Notes under the pieces: generated by a model
What the model saw: the letters and a program-made list of their open reading frames with translations, nothing else
Told to the model about the DNA's origin: nothing
Database searches by the model: none
Shown here: positions 20,889 through 32,124 of the stretch, one piece after another
Position numbering within the stretch: position 1 is the first letter of the stretch
Layout of the letters: each line of letters begins with the position of its first letter
From: an uncultured Spirochaetota bacterium
GTDB taxonomy: Bacteria; Spirochaetota; Spirochaetia; SZUA-6; Fen-1364
Assembly (NCBI GenBank): GCA_963845535.1
Contig: CAWJSK010000019.1
Location: 256,001 to 320,000, forward strand
Direction: 5' to 3'
Length of the DNA: 64,000 nt
Made by a program: the position numbers and the translations under genes

Positions 20889-22779
20889 TCTCCTTGTGAT
20901 ACATCTGCGACACCACGTGGCGCTTGACGGAGGCTTTCGCGCTCAGCTCCACCCCGGCCTCGAAGTGTTTCGGGAGCAGCTTGAAGCGGAACACGCGCTC
21001 GAACTCCCGGAAGCCCCGTTTGGCGCTCACGCGGGAATTGATCTCGTCATAGATCAGCTCCTGGATCTGGGGGTTCTCCAGCAGGTCGGTCTTCTCGAGC
21101 CAGCCGATCTCCTGGCGGGCGGCGTATTTTTCCAGGGCTTCGTCGTTGGGCACGACGAGGGCCGCCAGGAACTTCTGGTCCTGGCCCACCACCATCACCT
21201 GGTCGATGTAGTCGCTCTCGAGGATGGTGTCCTCGATGGGGACAGGCTCCACGTTCTCCCCGCCCAAAAGCACGATCGTTTCCTTGGTCCTGCCGATGAT
21301 CTTCAGCTCTCCCCGCCACGTCATCATGCCCAGGTCCCCGGTATCCAGCCAGCCATCGGAGGAAAGGACCTCGGCGGTCCTGTCCGGCCTCTTGTAGTAG
21401 CCTTTCATCACGTTGGGGCCCCTGACATGGATGACGCCCTTTTTCCCCGGCCCCACCTCGGCGCCCGTCTCAGGGTCCAGGAGCTTCACCTCCAGCTCAT
21501 CGAGGGCCGGTCCTATTGTTCCGGGGACCGGCCGGTTCTGAACCCGCGCGGAGATGACGGGCGTCGTCTCAGTCAGGCCGTAGCCTTCCAGCAGGAGAAC
21601 TCCCACCGCCTGGAAGAACTTGTCCACGTGCTGCGGCAGCGCTCCTCCGCCGGAGACCGTGAATCTGAACCTCCCGCCAAGGCGCATCTTGATTTTCTTG
21701 AATACGAGCAGTTCGCCGAGCGCCTTGAACGGCATGAGCAGGATGAAGGGAAGGATACCAAGGAGAAAATCCGTCACGAAGAACCGCCGGCTGAACTGCG
21801 GATAGCGGCCGCTCACCAGCGCGCTTGCCGTGGCGTGTGCCTTGCCGACAGCGACGAAGAAATGAAAAAGCGCCTTCTTGACGCCGCCTTCCTCATTGAC
21901 GTTGCGATAGACCGCGGAGCGGACCCCTTCCCAGATGCGCGGCACGGACGCCATGACGGTGGGCCGCACGGCAGCCATGTCCGCCAGCATGATCTTGCCG
22001 ACAGGCTTGGAGTACGCCAGCGCGGTCCCCTGGGACAACGCGAAGTTGTCGATGATCCGCTCGAAGGAGTGCCAGACCGGGAGCACGGAGAGGAAGATGT
22101 CTCCGGGGCCGATGTGGAGGACCCTGGGTATGGTGCGCATGTTGTGGAGAAAGTTGCCGTGGGAGAGCATCACCCCCTTCGGCTCCCCGGTGGTTCCCGA
22201 GGTATAGATGATGGTTGCCAGGTCCGCGGGCTCTCCCTTCTCCATTTCCCTCGTGAAAGCCTGGGGGTCTGAGGCGAGGAGCTTCTCTCCGCGCCTGATG
22301 ATTTCCTGGAAGGGGACCACACGGGCTCCGCAGGCGGACTCGGGAAATGCTTCCGGATGGAAGTCTTCATCGAATACTATGATGCTCGTGAGGAGTGGAA
22401 GGTCCTGCTTCTTCGAGAGGATCTTCTTGAGTTGCTCGGTGTTCTCCACTATGGTGAAAGCGCAGTCCGCGTGCTGCAGGATGTAGCGCGCTTCATCCGG
22501 CATGGTGTCAGCCCCGCGCGGCACGTCTGCGGCCCCGATCCCCAGAATGCCCTGGTTGGCTATCATCCATTCGACGCGATTGTCGGATATGACGCCGACG
22601 TGGTCCCCGCGCTTGACGCCGAAGTCCAGCAATCCCGCGCCAAAGCGTTCGAACTGGGAAGCAAACTCCCCGAAGCTCAGCGTCGTCCATTCACCATTTC
22701 TGACCTTGCTCATCAGGGCGGCGGAGTCGGGGTATTCATGACACACCGACCACATGGTCTTTACGACGGTGTCTTCCAT
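20866..22779 (-). CDS. Long-chain fatty acid--CoA ligase (AMP-dependent synthetase)
   Basis: IIYTSGTTGEPKG, EGYGLTET, TGDLG, GENVEP; start MEDTVV at 22779 with GGAGG SD. Confidence 0.92.
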   Translation of the reverse strand: MEDTVVKTMWSVCHEYPDSAALMSKVRNGEWTTLSFGEFASQFERFGAGLLDFGVKRGDHVGVISDNRVEWMIANQGILGIGAADVPRGADTMPDEARYILQHADCAFTIVENTEQLKKILSKKQDLPLLTSIIVFDEDFHPEAFPESACGARVVPFQEIIRRGEKLLASDPQAFTREMEKGEPADLATIIYTSGTTGEPKGVMLSHGNFLHNMRTIPRVLHIGPGDIFLSVLPVWHSFERIIDNFALSQGTALAYSKPVGKIMLADMAAVRPTVMASVPRIWEGVRSAVYRNVNEEGGVKKALFHFFVAVGKAHATASALVSGRYPQFSRRFFVTDFLLGILPFILLMPFKALGELLVFKKIKMRLGGRFRFTVSGGGALPQHVDKFFQAVGVLLLEGYGLTETTPVISARVQNRPVPGTIGPALDELEVKLLDPETGAEVGPGKKGVIHVRGPNVMKGYYKRPDRTAEVLSSDGWLDTGDLGMMTWRGELKIIGRTKETIVLLGGENVEPVPIEDTILESDYIDQVMVVGQDQKFLAALVVPNDEALEKYAARQEIGWLEKTDLLENPQIQELIYDEINSRVSAKRGFREFERVFRFKLLPKHFEAGVELSAKASVKRHVVSQMYHKEIATLFQR

Positions 22780-22935
22780 TCCAGGCCTCCCCATCAGCGA
22801 ACCATATTTTTTTGGTCGGATTTACAATTGGCCAAGACTACCATAGCCTATCGATGCAATCAAGAATTCTTTTGCCCCGGCAAGGGTCCCCGTCAGTACC
22901 TTATCGTTTGAAGCGAATGTTCAGGAGGATTTGAC

Positions 22936-23625
22936 ATGTTGACTCTTCGATATCACGGCCATGACTGCTGGGAGATTGACGACGGCGCGCACCGCCTGCT
23001 GATTGATCCGTTCCTGGAAGGGAACCCGACGGCCACCGTGAAGCCTGATTCCTTCACGAAGCTGGATGCGGTCCTCGTGACCCACGGACATGGAGACCAC
23101 CTGGGGGACGCGGCGGCCATCGCCCGCAAGACAGGCGCCATGGTCGTATCCAACTACGAGATCGTGGGCTATCTCCAGGGAAAGGGCGCCGCAAACGGGC
23201 ATCCCCTGCATATCGGCGGAGGCTGGCAGTTTCCTTTCGGGAACGTGAAGCTCACCATTGCCCACCACGGTTCAACGGGCCCCAACGGGGAAGCGTTGGG
23301 AAACCCCGCGGGGATCCTCCTCACCATGGGAGGGAAAAAAGTGTATCACGCGGGAGACACGGGGCTGTTCCTCGACATGCAGCTCATTGGTGACGCCTGG
23401 GGTCCGCTGGACGTGGCGCTCCTGCCGATTGGCGACAACTTCACCATGGGCATAGACGACGCCGTGCGCGCGGCGGGATTCCTGAAGGCGAAGGTCTGCA
23501 TCCCGATGCACTACAACACCTTCGACCTGATCAAGGCCGATCCCGCGGAGTTCGTGAGAAAGGCAAAGGCAAAGGGGCACAACGCCGTTGTGGTGGCCCC
23601 GGGGGAGACGTACAAGGTCGCCTAG
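22936..23625 (+). CDS. Metal-dependent hydrolase, MBL fold (UPF0173/YtkL-like)
   Basis: LIDPF, THGHGDHLGD, HAGDT, LPIGDNFTM, IPMHYNTF; SD AGGAGG. Confidence 0.92.
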   Translation: MLTLRYHGHDCWEIDDGAHRLLIDPFLEGNPTATVKPDSFTKLDAVLVTHGHGDHLGDAAAIARKTGAMVVSNYEIVGYLQGKGAANGHPLHIGGGWQFPFGNVKLTIAHHGSTGPNGEALGNPAGILLTMGGKKVYHAGDTGLFLDMQLIGDAWGPLDVALLPIGDNFTMGIDDAVRAAGFLKAKVCIPMHYNTFDLIKADPAEFVRKAKAKGHNAVVVAPGETYKVA

Positions 23626-23655
23626 CGCAGTGCCGCGGGGGTCCACCGCGCGGGC

Positions 23656-23958
23656 TTAGCTCTCCAGGAACCTCGACAGGAGCCTTCGGGCGTCTTCCAG
23701 TCCCCGGATGAACGCTGACCTCTCCTCTTCGCGCAGAGGTGCATCTTTGGGAACGCCCGAGCGCCGGGAGAAGTCGAAGAACCTGAGGGACTTGAACCGT
23801 CCCGCCTGCTCGGAGCCTTTCCCGAAGACTTCCTCAACGTTCCTTTCAGCCTTGTCTTTCCATTCCTTGAACTTCGACTCCTGCGGGTCGCGCGAGCGCA
23901 ATCCGTTCAGGTCGCTGATCAAGGACTGGATCTTGGACTTGTCCTCAGCCTTTACCAT
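23656..23958 (-). CDS. Small helical hypothetical protein (100 aa)
   Basis: SD AAGGAAGG, overlaps the kbl stop, natural amino-acid composition. Confidence 0.75.
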   Translation of the reverse strand: MVKAEDKSKIQSLISDLNGLRSRDPQESKFKEWKDKAERNVEEVFGKGSEQAGRFKSLRFFDFSRRSGVPKDAPLREEERSAFIRGLEDARRLLSRFLES

Positions 23959-25160
23959 AGAGCCTTCCTTTCCTCGACGATCCCCAAAGCGGACCCGACG
24001 CGCACGAACGACTCCAGCGCCCGGCGGAGGTCTTCCCGCGTGTGCAGCGCGGAAAGCTGAACCCTGATGCGGGCCTGGCCTTTGGGAACAACGGGGTAGC
24101 TGAACCCGGTCACGTAGATTCCCTCATCCAGCAGCCTGCGGGCCATTTCCACAGTTCGGCTTTCATCAGAGAGCATGATGGGGACAATGGGGTGAGATCC
24201 CGGCTTGACGTCGAAACCCGCTTTCGTGATTGCGGCCCGGAACACCTTTGCGTTTTCCTCCAACCTGTCACGCAGCTCGGTGCTCTTCGAAAGGAGGTCC
24301 AGGACAGCCAGCGTGGTGGCCGCTACCATGGGCGCAAGAGAGTTCGAAAAAAGGTACGGGCGGCTGCGCTGGCGCAAGAGCTGGATCATCTCCGTGCGGC
24401 CCGAGATGCAGCCCCCCGTGGCTCCCCCGAGCGCCTTGCCGAACGTAGTCGATATGGCGTCCACCCGGCCCATCACCCCGAAGTGCTCCGCGGTTCCCCG
24501 CCCGGTCTTCCCGACGAAACCCGTGGCGTGGCTGTCATCCACCATGACGAGCGCCTGATGACGCTCGGCAAGGGCGCAGATCTCGGGAAGCTTCGCGTAA
24601 TCCCCGTCCATGGAGAAAACGCCGTCGGTTACGATGAGCCGAACGGGAGATGAGGAAGCCTCCGCGAGCTTGCGTCCCAGATCTTCCATGTCCCCGTGGG
24701 CGTAGATCAGCCGCCTGGCTTTGCACAGCCGGGCGCCGTCGATGATCGAGGCGTGGTTGAGCTGGTCCGTGATGAGGGCGCATTCTTCGTTCAGCAAGGG
24801 CTCGAAGATGCCGCCGTTTGCGTCGAAGCAGGACGAGTACAGGATTGTTTCTTCGGTCCCCAGAAAGGCTGACATCCGCTCTTCGAGCTCCCGGTGGACT
24901 TCCTGCGTGCCGCAGATGAAGCGCACCGAGGCCATGCCGTATCCCCACCGGTCCAAAGCCCGGTGAGCGGCCTCGATCACGGCGGGATGCGAGGCGAGGC
25001 CGAGGTAGTTGTTTGCGCAGAAGTTCAGGACCTCCCTGCCTCCGACGCGGATGCGGACGCCTTGCGGGCTTCCAATGATCCGCTCTTCCTTGAACGTTCC
25101 CGCCGCGCGGATCTCCCCCACGGCGGCGGCGAGCCTTCCCCGCACTTTCTGATCAAGCAT
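23952..25160 (-). CDS. kbl: Glycine C-acetyltransferase (2-amino-3-ketobutyrate CoA ligase)
   Basis: [43 protein letters not shown]; adjacent to tdh. Confidence 0.96.
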   Translation of the reverse strand: MLDQKVRGRLAAAVGEIRAAGTFKEERIIGSPQGVRIRVGGREVLNFCANNYLGLASHPAVIEAAHRALDRWGYGMASVRFICGTQEVHRELEERMSAFLGTEETILYSSCFDANGGIFEPLLNEECALITDQLNHASIIDGARLCKARRLIYAHGDMEDLGRKLAEASSSPVRLIVTDGVFSMDGDYAKLPEICALAERHQALVMVDDSHATGFVGKTGRGTAEHFGVMGRVDAISTTFGKALGGATGGCISGRTEMIQLLRQRSRPYLFSNSLAPMVAATTLAVLDLLSKSTELRDRLEENAKVFRAAITKAGFDVKPGSHPIVPIMLSDESRTVEMARRLLDEGIYVTGFSYPVVPKGQARIRVQLSALHTREDLRRALESFVRVGSALGIVEERKALW

Positions 25161-26193
25161 CGTCTTTGTCCTCCGCCAGCTCCAGGACCACCTTCCCGCA
25201 ATCCCCCGACTGCATTGCCTCGAAACCCTTGCGGAAGTCCTCCAGGGGAAACCGGTGGGTAAGCACGGGGGAAACGTCCAGGCCGCTTTGGAGCATTGTC
25301 TGCATCTTGTACCAGGTCTCGAAGATTTCCCTCCCGTAGATTCCCTTGATGATCAATCCCTTGAAGATCACCTGGTCCCACCGAATCCCGGTGGAGTTGG
25401 GGAGGATCCCCAGGAGTGAAATTCGCCCCCCATGGTACATGTTCTCCAGCATGGACTCGAAAGCCGAGCCGTTCCCCGACATCTCCAGGCCGATGTCGAA
25501 CCCAATGATCCCCAGCTGCTTGCGCGCCTCTTCAATGCTCGTGCGCTTCACGTTGACGGTCAGGGTGGCCCCCATTTTCGCCGCGAGGCCGAGCCGGAAG
25601 TCGTTGACGTCGGTGACCACGATCCGCTGGGCCCCGCAGTGGCGGCAAATGGCGGCGGCCATGACGCCGATGGGGCCCGCTCCCGTGATGAGGACGTCCT
25701 CACCCACCAGGTCGAAGGAAAGGGCAGAGTGAGTGGCATTGCCGAGCGGGTCGAGGAAGCTTGCGATCTCGGAAGGGATGCGGGGATGCACGTGCCAGGC
25801 GTTGCCCGCGGGAAGCGAGAGATATTCCGCGAAACAGCCGTCGCGGTTCACGCCGATCCCCACCGTGTTCGTGCACAGGTGCCTGCGTCCGGCCCGGCAA
25901 CTGCGGCAGACCCCGCACACGATGTGGCCTTCCCCTGAGACGCGCTCACCGATCTGGTAGCCGCGGACGTTCGCCCCCATTCCCACGATCCTGCCAACGA
26001 ACTCGTGGCCGGTGATGACGGGCGGCTTGATGGTCCTCTGCGACCATTCGTCCCAGTTCCAGATGTGCAGATCAGTGCCGCAGATGGCGGCCTTGGTCAC
26101 CTTCACCAGGAGGTCGTTTCCGCCTATCTCGGGTACGGGCACTTCCTCCATCTCCAGGCCTTTGCCTGCCGATTTCTTTACCAGGGCTTTCAT
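25153..26193 (-). CDS. tdh: L-threonine 3-dehydrogenase
   Basis: [20 protein letters not shown], Zn CGVCRSC...[19 protein letters not shown]. Confidence 0.97.
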   Translation of the reverse strand: MKALVKKSAGKGLEMEEVPVPEIGGNDLLVKVTKAAICGTDLHIWNWDEWSQRTIKPPVITGHEFVGRIVGMGANVRGYQIGERVSGEGHIVCGVCRSCRAGRRHLCTNTVGIGVNRDGCFAEYLSLPAGNAWHVHPRIPSEIASFLDPLGNATHSALSFDLVGEDVLITGAGPIGVMAAAICRHCGAQRIVVTDVNDFRLGLAAKMGATLTVNVKRTSIEEARKQLGIIGFDIGLEMSGNGSAFESMLENMYHGGRISLLGILPNSTGIRWDQVIFKGLIIKGIYGREIFETWYKMQTMLQSGLDVSPVLTHRFPLEDFRKGFEAMQSGDCGKVVLELAEDKDDA

Positions 26194-26200
26194 GGCCCCG

Positions 26201-26206
26201 ATTATA
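26201..26206 (-). promoter_or_regulatory. Perfect -10 box 7 nt upstream of the tdh ATG (leaderless)
   Basis: TATAAT-CGGGGCC-ATG; -35 weak; no SD. Confidence 0.6.
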
Positions 26207-26620
26207 CTATGCGTACTTGCGATTGATCAGCCAGAGGGCAAGAAGGATGATCACGTCCGCGCACAGTCGGTTGAGCCAGATGAGGAAGTCAGGCTCGAAC
26301 GGTCCCTGGGCAAAGAAGCCAATGATGATCTCCACGACCCAGAGGATGGCGATGATGACTGTCAGCCAGTACACCAGGCGGCTTCGGACGTTGACGAAAA
26401 GACCGGCGAACACGATCACACCGGCGGCGAGCTCGATAATGGCCACGATGATGTTCAACGGATTGTTCGCGGCCCCAAAGAGCCTGCTCATGCTGCGGCC
26501 GAACTGGGCCATGCCCGAGCTCCAATCGATGATCCCGATCAATCCCAACGTGAAGAGAAACAGCGCCACGACAATCTGGATGACGCTGACGGCGTCGAAG
26601 GAGAGGGCCCTTCTGGTCAT
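26207..26620 (-). CDS. Hypothetical 4-TM membrane protein
   Basis: Start MTRRALSF at 26620 with AGGAGG SD; four hydrophobic helices. Confidence 0.8.
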   Translation of the reverse strand: MTRRALSFDAVSVIQIVVALFLFTLGLIGIIDWSSGMAQFGRSMSRLFGAANNPLNIIVAIIELAAGVIVFAGLFVNVRSRLVYWLTVIIAILWVVEIIIGFFAQGPFEPDFLIWLNRLCADVIILLALWLINRKYA

Positions 26621-26700
26621 GATGTCCTCCTGGGCAAAGTGTACCCCACCTTGCGCCTTCCCGACCATTCGGCTACCGTTTGCTGACAAGGGGGAAAGTC

Positions 26701-27489
26701 ATGAGAAAAATCGTCATTGTCCTGACAGCCTTCTTCATTGCGAGCGCCGCTTTTGCCCAGACGAAGGCCATGCCGGACCTGAAAGGCAGGACCATTCGCG
26801 CGGTGACGGAGAACGCGTTCACACCGCTGAACTTCGTGGACCCCAAGACGGGGAAGGCCATGGGATGGGAGTACGACGCCGTCAATGAGATCGGGAAGAG
26901 ACTGAACGCGAAGATCGTCTGGAACATCTGCTCCTGGGACACGATGATCCAGGCAATCCGCGACGGCCAGTACGACGTGGGGATGGACGGGATCTCGATC
27001 ACCGATGAGCGCAAGAAGCAGGTGGACTTCTCGGACCCCTACATGGTGAGCCAGCAGTTCATGCTGGTGCGAAAGAGCGAATCACGCTTCAAGAGCGCGG
27101 CCGAGTTCAACGCGAACCCGAAGCTTCTGATCGGTTCCCAGGCCGGAACCACGAATTTTTACGTTGCCGTGTACAACGTTCTTGACGGCAAGGAAGACAA
27201 CCCGAGGATCAAGCTCTTCGAGACTTTCGGCGCAACGGTGCAGGCGCTCCTTGCGGGAGACGTTGACTGCGTCCTCATGGACGCCGCGTCCAGCCGCGGC
27301 TACGTCGGCGCCAATCCGGAGAAGCTGAAAGTGGTCGGGGACCCGCTGGGCACGGACAACTACGGGTTCATCTTCAAGCTTGGATCGGACCTCGTTGCCC
27401 CGTTCAATGCCGCAATCGCGGGAATGAAAGCGGACGGCACCCTGGACAAGCTCACCACGAAGTGGTTCTACGACTATAACGCCAAGTAG
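26701..27489 (+). CDS. Polar amino-acid ABC transporter solute-binding protein (SBP_bac_3)
   Basis: Signal peptide; [26 protein letters not shown]. Confidence 0.92.
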   Translation: MRKIVIVLTAFFIASAAFAQTKAMPDLKGRTIRAVTENAFTPLNFVDPKTGKAMGWEYDAVNEIGKRLNAKIVWNICSWDTMIQAIRDGQYDVGMDGISITDERKKQVDFSDPYMVSQQFMLVRKSESRFKSAAEFNANPKLLIGSQAGTTNFYVAVYNVLDGKEDNPRIKLFETFGATVQALLAGDVDCVLMDAASSRGYVGANPEKLKVVGDPLGTDNYGFIFKLGSDLVAPFNAAIAGMKADGTLDKLTTKWFYDYNAK

Positions 27490-27503
27490 CGAGCAGGCGG
27501 ACG

Positions 27504-27538
27504 CGCGGAGGGGAGGGGAGCATCTCCTCCCTTTCGCG
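27504..27538 (+). terminator. Intercistronic stem-loop after the SBP gene, overlapping an SD-like sequence
   Basis: CGCGGAGGGGAGGGG / CTCCTCCCTTTCGCG pairs with G-U wobbles around an AGCAT loop. Confidence 0.5.
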
Positions 27539-28339
27539 GACGGGCTGAAAAGACTCCCTTTCTGGCTTCTCGGCATCATCCTGCTCGGGGTCCTCATCCT
27601 TTGGAGCATCGCGAGCAGGAACGATTACCAGATCATCTTCATCGCCACGGCGAAGGGGCTTGTCACCACGCTCTGGGTTTCCCTGGTCGCGTTTGCCTTT
27701 TCCATAGCCGTGGGCCTTTTCCTCGGCCTGTGCCGGACCTCCCCGTCACGGCCCGTGCGCGAGATTGCCACCTTCTGGGTGGAGATCGTTCGCGGCGTCC
27801 CGATGCTCGTGATCCTCTATTACATCGCGTTCATCGGGGCTCCGGGCCTCGTCGAGGCCGTGAATTTCATCCTGTCTCCGCTTGTCAACGCGGGAATCAT
27901 GGCGCCCCTGAGCGTACGGAGCATCGATTTTTCCTGGAGGGCCATCATTGCGCTCACTCTTGGCTATGGCGCTTTCATTTCCGAGATATTCAGGGCGGGC
28001 ATCGAATCCATCCATGCCGGTCAGTGGGAGGCGGCCTATGCGCTGGGTCTTCGAAGGCGGCAGGCGCTCCGCCTCATTGTTCTTCCCCAGGCCGTTCGCA
28101 ACGTGCTCCCTCCCCTGGGCAACGAGTTTGTCGCCATGATCAAGGACTCGGCGCTCGTGAGCGCCCTTGGCGTTCAGGATGTGACCCAGATGGGCAAGGT
28201 CTATGCCGCCAGCACATTCAAGTTCTTCGAGACATACAACATCGTCGCCTTCCTCTACCTGTTTCTCACCATCACGCTGTCCATGCTGGTGCGCGTCCTG
28301 GAAAAGAAGCTGAAGACGGGCCGGCGCAGCGCCGTGTGA
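27522..28339 (+). CDS. Polar amino-acid ABC transporter permease (start codon apparently defective)
   Basis: [35 protein letters not shown]; hydrophobic frame extends ~60 codons upstream of the called GTG 27710 without a canonical start. Confidence 0.85.
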
Positions 28340-28394
28340 CAACCGTCATGAGACGGTCCTGACAGAAGACACCGAAAAGTCCTGACGCTCTCCA
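28337..28394 (+). promoter_or_regulatory. Three phased TGAC-N4-GTCA-like boxes (putative DesR/NarL-family operator)
   Basis: TGACAACCGTCA (28337), TGACAGAAGACA (28360), TGACGCTCTCCA (28383), exactly 23 bp apart. Confidence 0.55.
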
Positions 28395-28430
28395 CTACTG
28401 CGTTGGTTTCAGCGCGGGCATATTCTGTCC

Positions 28431-28961
28431 ATGCGAACTTCAATCTTGTCCATCACATCCGCGCTTGCGTTGCTGCTCGCAGCAGCCGCGTGGTCCGATT
28501 CCTTTCCCCGCACCACGGTCCAGACACTGGCCGGGTCGGCGTTTGTGCTTCCGGATGACCTGGAAGCCGCCGCGGACATCCTGGTGGTGGGATTCACGCA
28601 GAAAGCCGGATCCAACACCAAGCCCTGGACCGAACGGCTGGCGCGGGACTTCACTCGCGCGGACGGATTTGCCGTCTACCCGGTGGCCGTTCTTGCCGGT
28701 GTTCCTGCGTTGTTTCGCTCCTTTGCCCTCAACTCCATCCGCGGAGGGGTTGACCCGCAGGAGTATGGGCATTTCCTGATCGTGGACCATGACGAGAGCG
28801 CATGGCGCACAGCAGCCGGGTACGCGCTGCCAGATGATCCCTACATCATCGTCCTTGACAAGAGCGGCAGCGTCCTTGCGCGCTTCAAGGGCGTGTTCGA
28901 CGAAAAAAGCTATGAGGACACGGCGGTCCGAATTCGATCCATCACGGGGGGGAAATCATGA
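28431..28961 (+). CDS. Exported hypothetical protein, probable thioredoxin-like fold without CxxC
   Basis: Signal peptide; TLAG.AFVLPDDL...ILVVGF...PW and PYIIVLDKSG.V pattern. Confidence 0.7.
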   Translation: MRTSILSITSALALLLAAAAWSDSFPRTTVQTLAGSAFVLPDDLEAAADILVVGFTQKAGSNTKPWTERLARDFTRADGFAVYPVAVLAGVPALFRSFALNSIRGGVDPQEYGHFLIVDHDESAWRTAAGYALPDDPYIIVLDKSGSVLARFKGVFDEKSYEDTAVRIRSITGGKS

Positions 28962-29647
28962 CCGAATTGATCCGCATACGGGATGCTGAAAAGCATTATC
29001 AGCTGGAGAAGACCGAGATGCCTGCGCTGGCCGGCATCAATCTCGTGATCGGCTCGGGAGAGCGCGTCTGCCTCATGGGTCCCTCAGGGAGCGGGAAGTC
29101 CACCCTGCTCAACATCATTGGATGCGTGGACACGCTTTCCGCCGGGAGCATCGTGATTGAAGGCCGGGATGCCGGGTCCATGAAGGACGCGCAGCTTTCC
29201 GAGCTCAGGAACAGGACGATGGGGTTCATCTTCCAGACTTTCAACCTGATTCCCGTCCTGTCGGTTTTCGAAAACGTCGAGTACCCGCTCCTCCTCCAGC
29301 GACTTCCGCGGGGAGAGCGCGCGGCGCGGGTGGAAGAGCTGCTGGAGCGCGTGGGCTTGAAGGGCTTCCAGCGCCGCAGCCCGGAGCGGCTCTCCGGGGG
29401 GCAGCGCCAGCGTGTGGCAATTGCCCGCGCCCTGGTGACCCGGCCCCGCCTCGTGATTGCCGACGAGCCGACGGCCGCGCTGGATCATGAAACAGGCCGG
29501 ACCATCATGGAGCTCATGGTGGAGATGAACAGGTCTGCCGGCTCGACTCTCATCTTTGCCACGCATGACACGGCCGTGGCGCGCTACGCGGGCCGCCTGG
29601 TCACAATGAGCGACGGCCGGATTATCGAAGACAGGGAGGTTGCATGA
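28958..29647 (+). CDS. ABC transporter ATP-binding protein (LolD/MacB-type)
   Basis: GPSGSGKST, GFIFQTFNLIP, LSGGQRQRVAIARAL, ADEPT. Confidence 0.95.
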   Translation: MTELIRIRDAEKHYQLEKTEMPALAGINLVIGSGERVCLMGPSGSGKSTLLNIIGCVDTLSAGSIVIEGRDAGSMKDAQLSELRNRTMGFIFQTFNLIPVLSVFENVEYPLLLQRLPRGERAARVEELLERVGLKGFQRRSPERLSGGQRQRVAIARALVTRPRLVIADEPTAALDHETGRTIMELMVEMNRSAGSTLIFATHDTAVARYAGRLVTMSDGRIIEDREVA

Positions 29648-30869
29648 AGGACCTCGTGATTGCATGGCGGAGCATCATTCGGCACGCGCGAAGGACCGTC
29701 GTCACCGTCTCAGCGCTCATTGTCGGGCTCAGCGGCATGGTTGTGTTCCAGGGCTTCCTGGGACAGATGATGCAGGGCTTTCGGGATGGAACCATCCTCT
29801 CCGGCATTGGACACCTTCAAGTGGCCGCAAACCCGCAGTATTTCGTCGACGGGGAGTTCAATCCTTTCGCATACGGCATGCAGGATTCCGCCGCGCTTGT
29901 CAGCGCCCTTGAAAAGCAGCGCGGCGTGACGGCCGTCTTTCCTTCCACGGGATTTGTGGCGGTTGCGGGACTTGGCGACCAGTCCGCCACGCTCCTGGTG
30001 AAAGCGTACCCCGCGGATCGGATCTACTTTGCGCCGGAATCGGGAATGGTCACCCCGCCGTCTGACAGGTTCAACCTCGGGACCCTTGTCAACGGCTCGA
30101 CGCCGAAGGCGTGGGAGCGTGACCGCCTGGTAATTGGAGAGACCGCCTCCCGGATCCTGGGGGCAAAGGTGGGAGACGTCGTGACGCTGATGGGAATCCT
30201 GCCGGGGGAAACCTCCAAGGGCGGGACTTCACGATTTCCGGAATTTTCAGCTCACCCGGACGTGACAAGTCATTTGCGTACACCGACTACGACACTGCGG
30301 CGGATTTTCTGGGGATGAAAGAGCCGCCGGTGGTCATGGTCATTGCGCGAGACATCACCGCGGTCCCCGTGATTGCGGAAAGCCTTCCGCCTGGCCACAG
30401 CTTCAGGACCTGGAAAGACCTTGCAACACTGTACGTGCAGGTCAGCGCGATCCTCGGCAGCTTCCTCACGGTGATCCGCGGGATCATCCTCCTTGTCACG
30501 CTCTTCATCCTCGCGAACTCGATGAACCGGACGGTGCTCGAACGGATGCGGGAGTGGGGGACCCTCCGCGCCCTGGGCACGAAGAAGCAGGACGTCCTCC
30601 TCCTGATCCTCTGGGAGGGATGCCTGCAAGGGTTGCTCGGCGCCGTGGCGGGAATCTCCCTCGGATTCCTCGTCTCTGCGATCATCGATGCCGCCGGCGG
30701 CTTGAGCTACCACAACGGCGCACAAGCTTTCGCCATCATGATCCGGCCCGGGCTGGACTCCGTCTGGCTCAATCTTGTCCCGGCCGTCCTGACAGCGGGT
30801 CTTGCGGCCGTTCTCCCCGGGCTTCGCGCGGTCCGGCTCACACCTTCCCAGTGCCTGAGGGAGGCCTAA
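29644..30869 (+). CDS. FtsX/MacB-family ABC permease, split by a frameshift in the G-run at 30204-30208
   Basis: Adding one G gives ...LPGGNLQGRDFTISGIFSSPG...MKEPP...ERMREWGTLRALG, paralleling the neighbouring permease. Confidence 0.85.
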
Positions 30870-30870
30870 G

Positions 30871-32115
30871 ATGGAACACATACGAGTGATCCTTTCGATG
30901 GCAGCGCGCAACCTGGTGCGAAACCGGGGGCGGACGCTTTCCACACTGATAGCCATTACGGCGGGCTTGCTGGGGCTGACGCTGCTGGACGGGTTCATTA
31001 CGTACTCCATGAACGGGTTTCGTGATGCAATCATCAGAAGCGGGACCGGTCATATCAGGGTTGCGCGCTCCGCATCATACTTCGACGCCGGAGATACGAA
31101 CCCCATCCCTTTCATGCTCGACAATGCCGGGGCCGTTGATGCACAGCTGCGCTCCATTCCCGGCGTGGCGGACGTCATGCCCACCATGGCTTTTTCCGCG
31201 GCTCTCTCCAACGCCGGCGCGACGAGCTTTGTCCAGGTTTCCGCCTGGCCGACTGCCCAGGCGCGGTCAGACCTGAGCGCGCGCACCGTTGTTGCCGGAA
31301 GGGACCTGGCACCGGGGGAGTCAGGGACCATCCTGGTGGGGTCCGGGCTGGCACGGAAGCTGAAGCTCACGCCCGGACAAACGCTTTCCCTCTTTGCCCT
31401 GAGCAAGGGCGGGGGAGTCAATACGGAAAGCTTCACGATTGTCGGCACGAGCTCATCTGGGATCGCGGAGGTGGATGACATCTCCGTCACGATGAGCCTC
31501 GCCGACGCCCAGACGCTGGTGGGTGTCCAAACCGTGCCGTGCCTTATTGTGTTCCTGAAAGACACGCGGGACACCGCCTCGGTGGCACGACGGATTGCGG
31601 CAGCCCCCCTGGGAAGCGCTGCATCAGGTCTCGCCGTAAGGACGTGGCAGCAACTTTCCCCGTCTTTCCAGGCCGCAAACTCTCTCTACCAGCTGATCCT
31701 CGCCGTGGCCCGGTTCATCGTGCTGATCGTTGCCCTGTTTTCCATCTCCGGAACGCTTTCGGTTTCCGTGATCGAGCGCTACCGGGAAATCGGGACTCTT
31801 CGCGCGTTCGGCACGCGGAGGAGTCAGCTCCTGGTGATGATCCTGATGGAAGGGCTGATCCTCGGCCTGGCGGGGGCCGCCGCAGGATTCCTGGCAGGCG
31901 GCGGCGCATCCGGCCTCATCAACGCGCTGGGCGGCCTGCCCATGCCGCCTGAGCCGGGCATGTCCACGGCCGGAATCACCGTCAGCTTCACGCCAAGGCT
32001 TTCGAGCTTCCTTGGAAACGGAATATGGCTGCTGGCAGCTTCACTGGTGGCGGCCTTGTTCCCCGGCATGCTCTCCCTGCGCAAGACGGCGGCCGAGCTT
32101 TTGAGATCACGATAG
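30871..32115 (+). CDS. FtsX/MacB-family ABC permease (LolC/E-like)
   Basis: ARNLVRNRGRT, ERYREIGTLRAFG, four-TM topology with a large periplasmic domain. Confidence 0.92.
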   Translation: MEHIRVILSMAARNLVRNRGRTLSTLIAITAGLLGLTLLDGFITYSMNGFRDAIIRSGTGHIRVARSASYFDAGDTNPIPFMLDNAGAVDAQLRSIPGVADVMPTMAFSAALSNAGATSFVQVSAWPTAQARSDLSARTVVAGRDLAPGESGTILVGSGLARKLKLTPGQTLSLFALSKGGGVNTESFTIVGTSSSGIAEVDDISVTMSLADAQTLVGVQTVPCLIVFLKDTRDTASVARRIAAAPLGSAASGLAVRTWQQLSPSFQAANSLYQLILAVARFIVLIVALFSISGTLSVSVIERYREIGTLRAFGTRRSQLLVMILMEGLILGLAGAAAGFLAGGGASGLINALGGLPMPPEPGMSTAGITVSFTPRLSSFLGNGIWLLAASLVAALFPGMLSLRKTAAELLRSR

Positions 32116-32124
32116 GAGACGATC

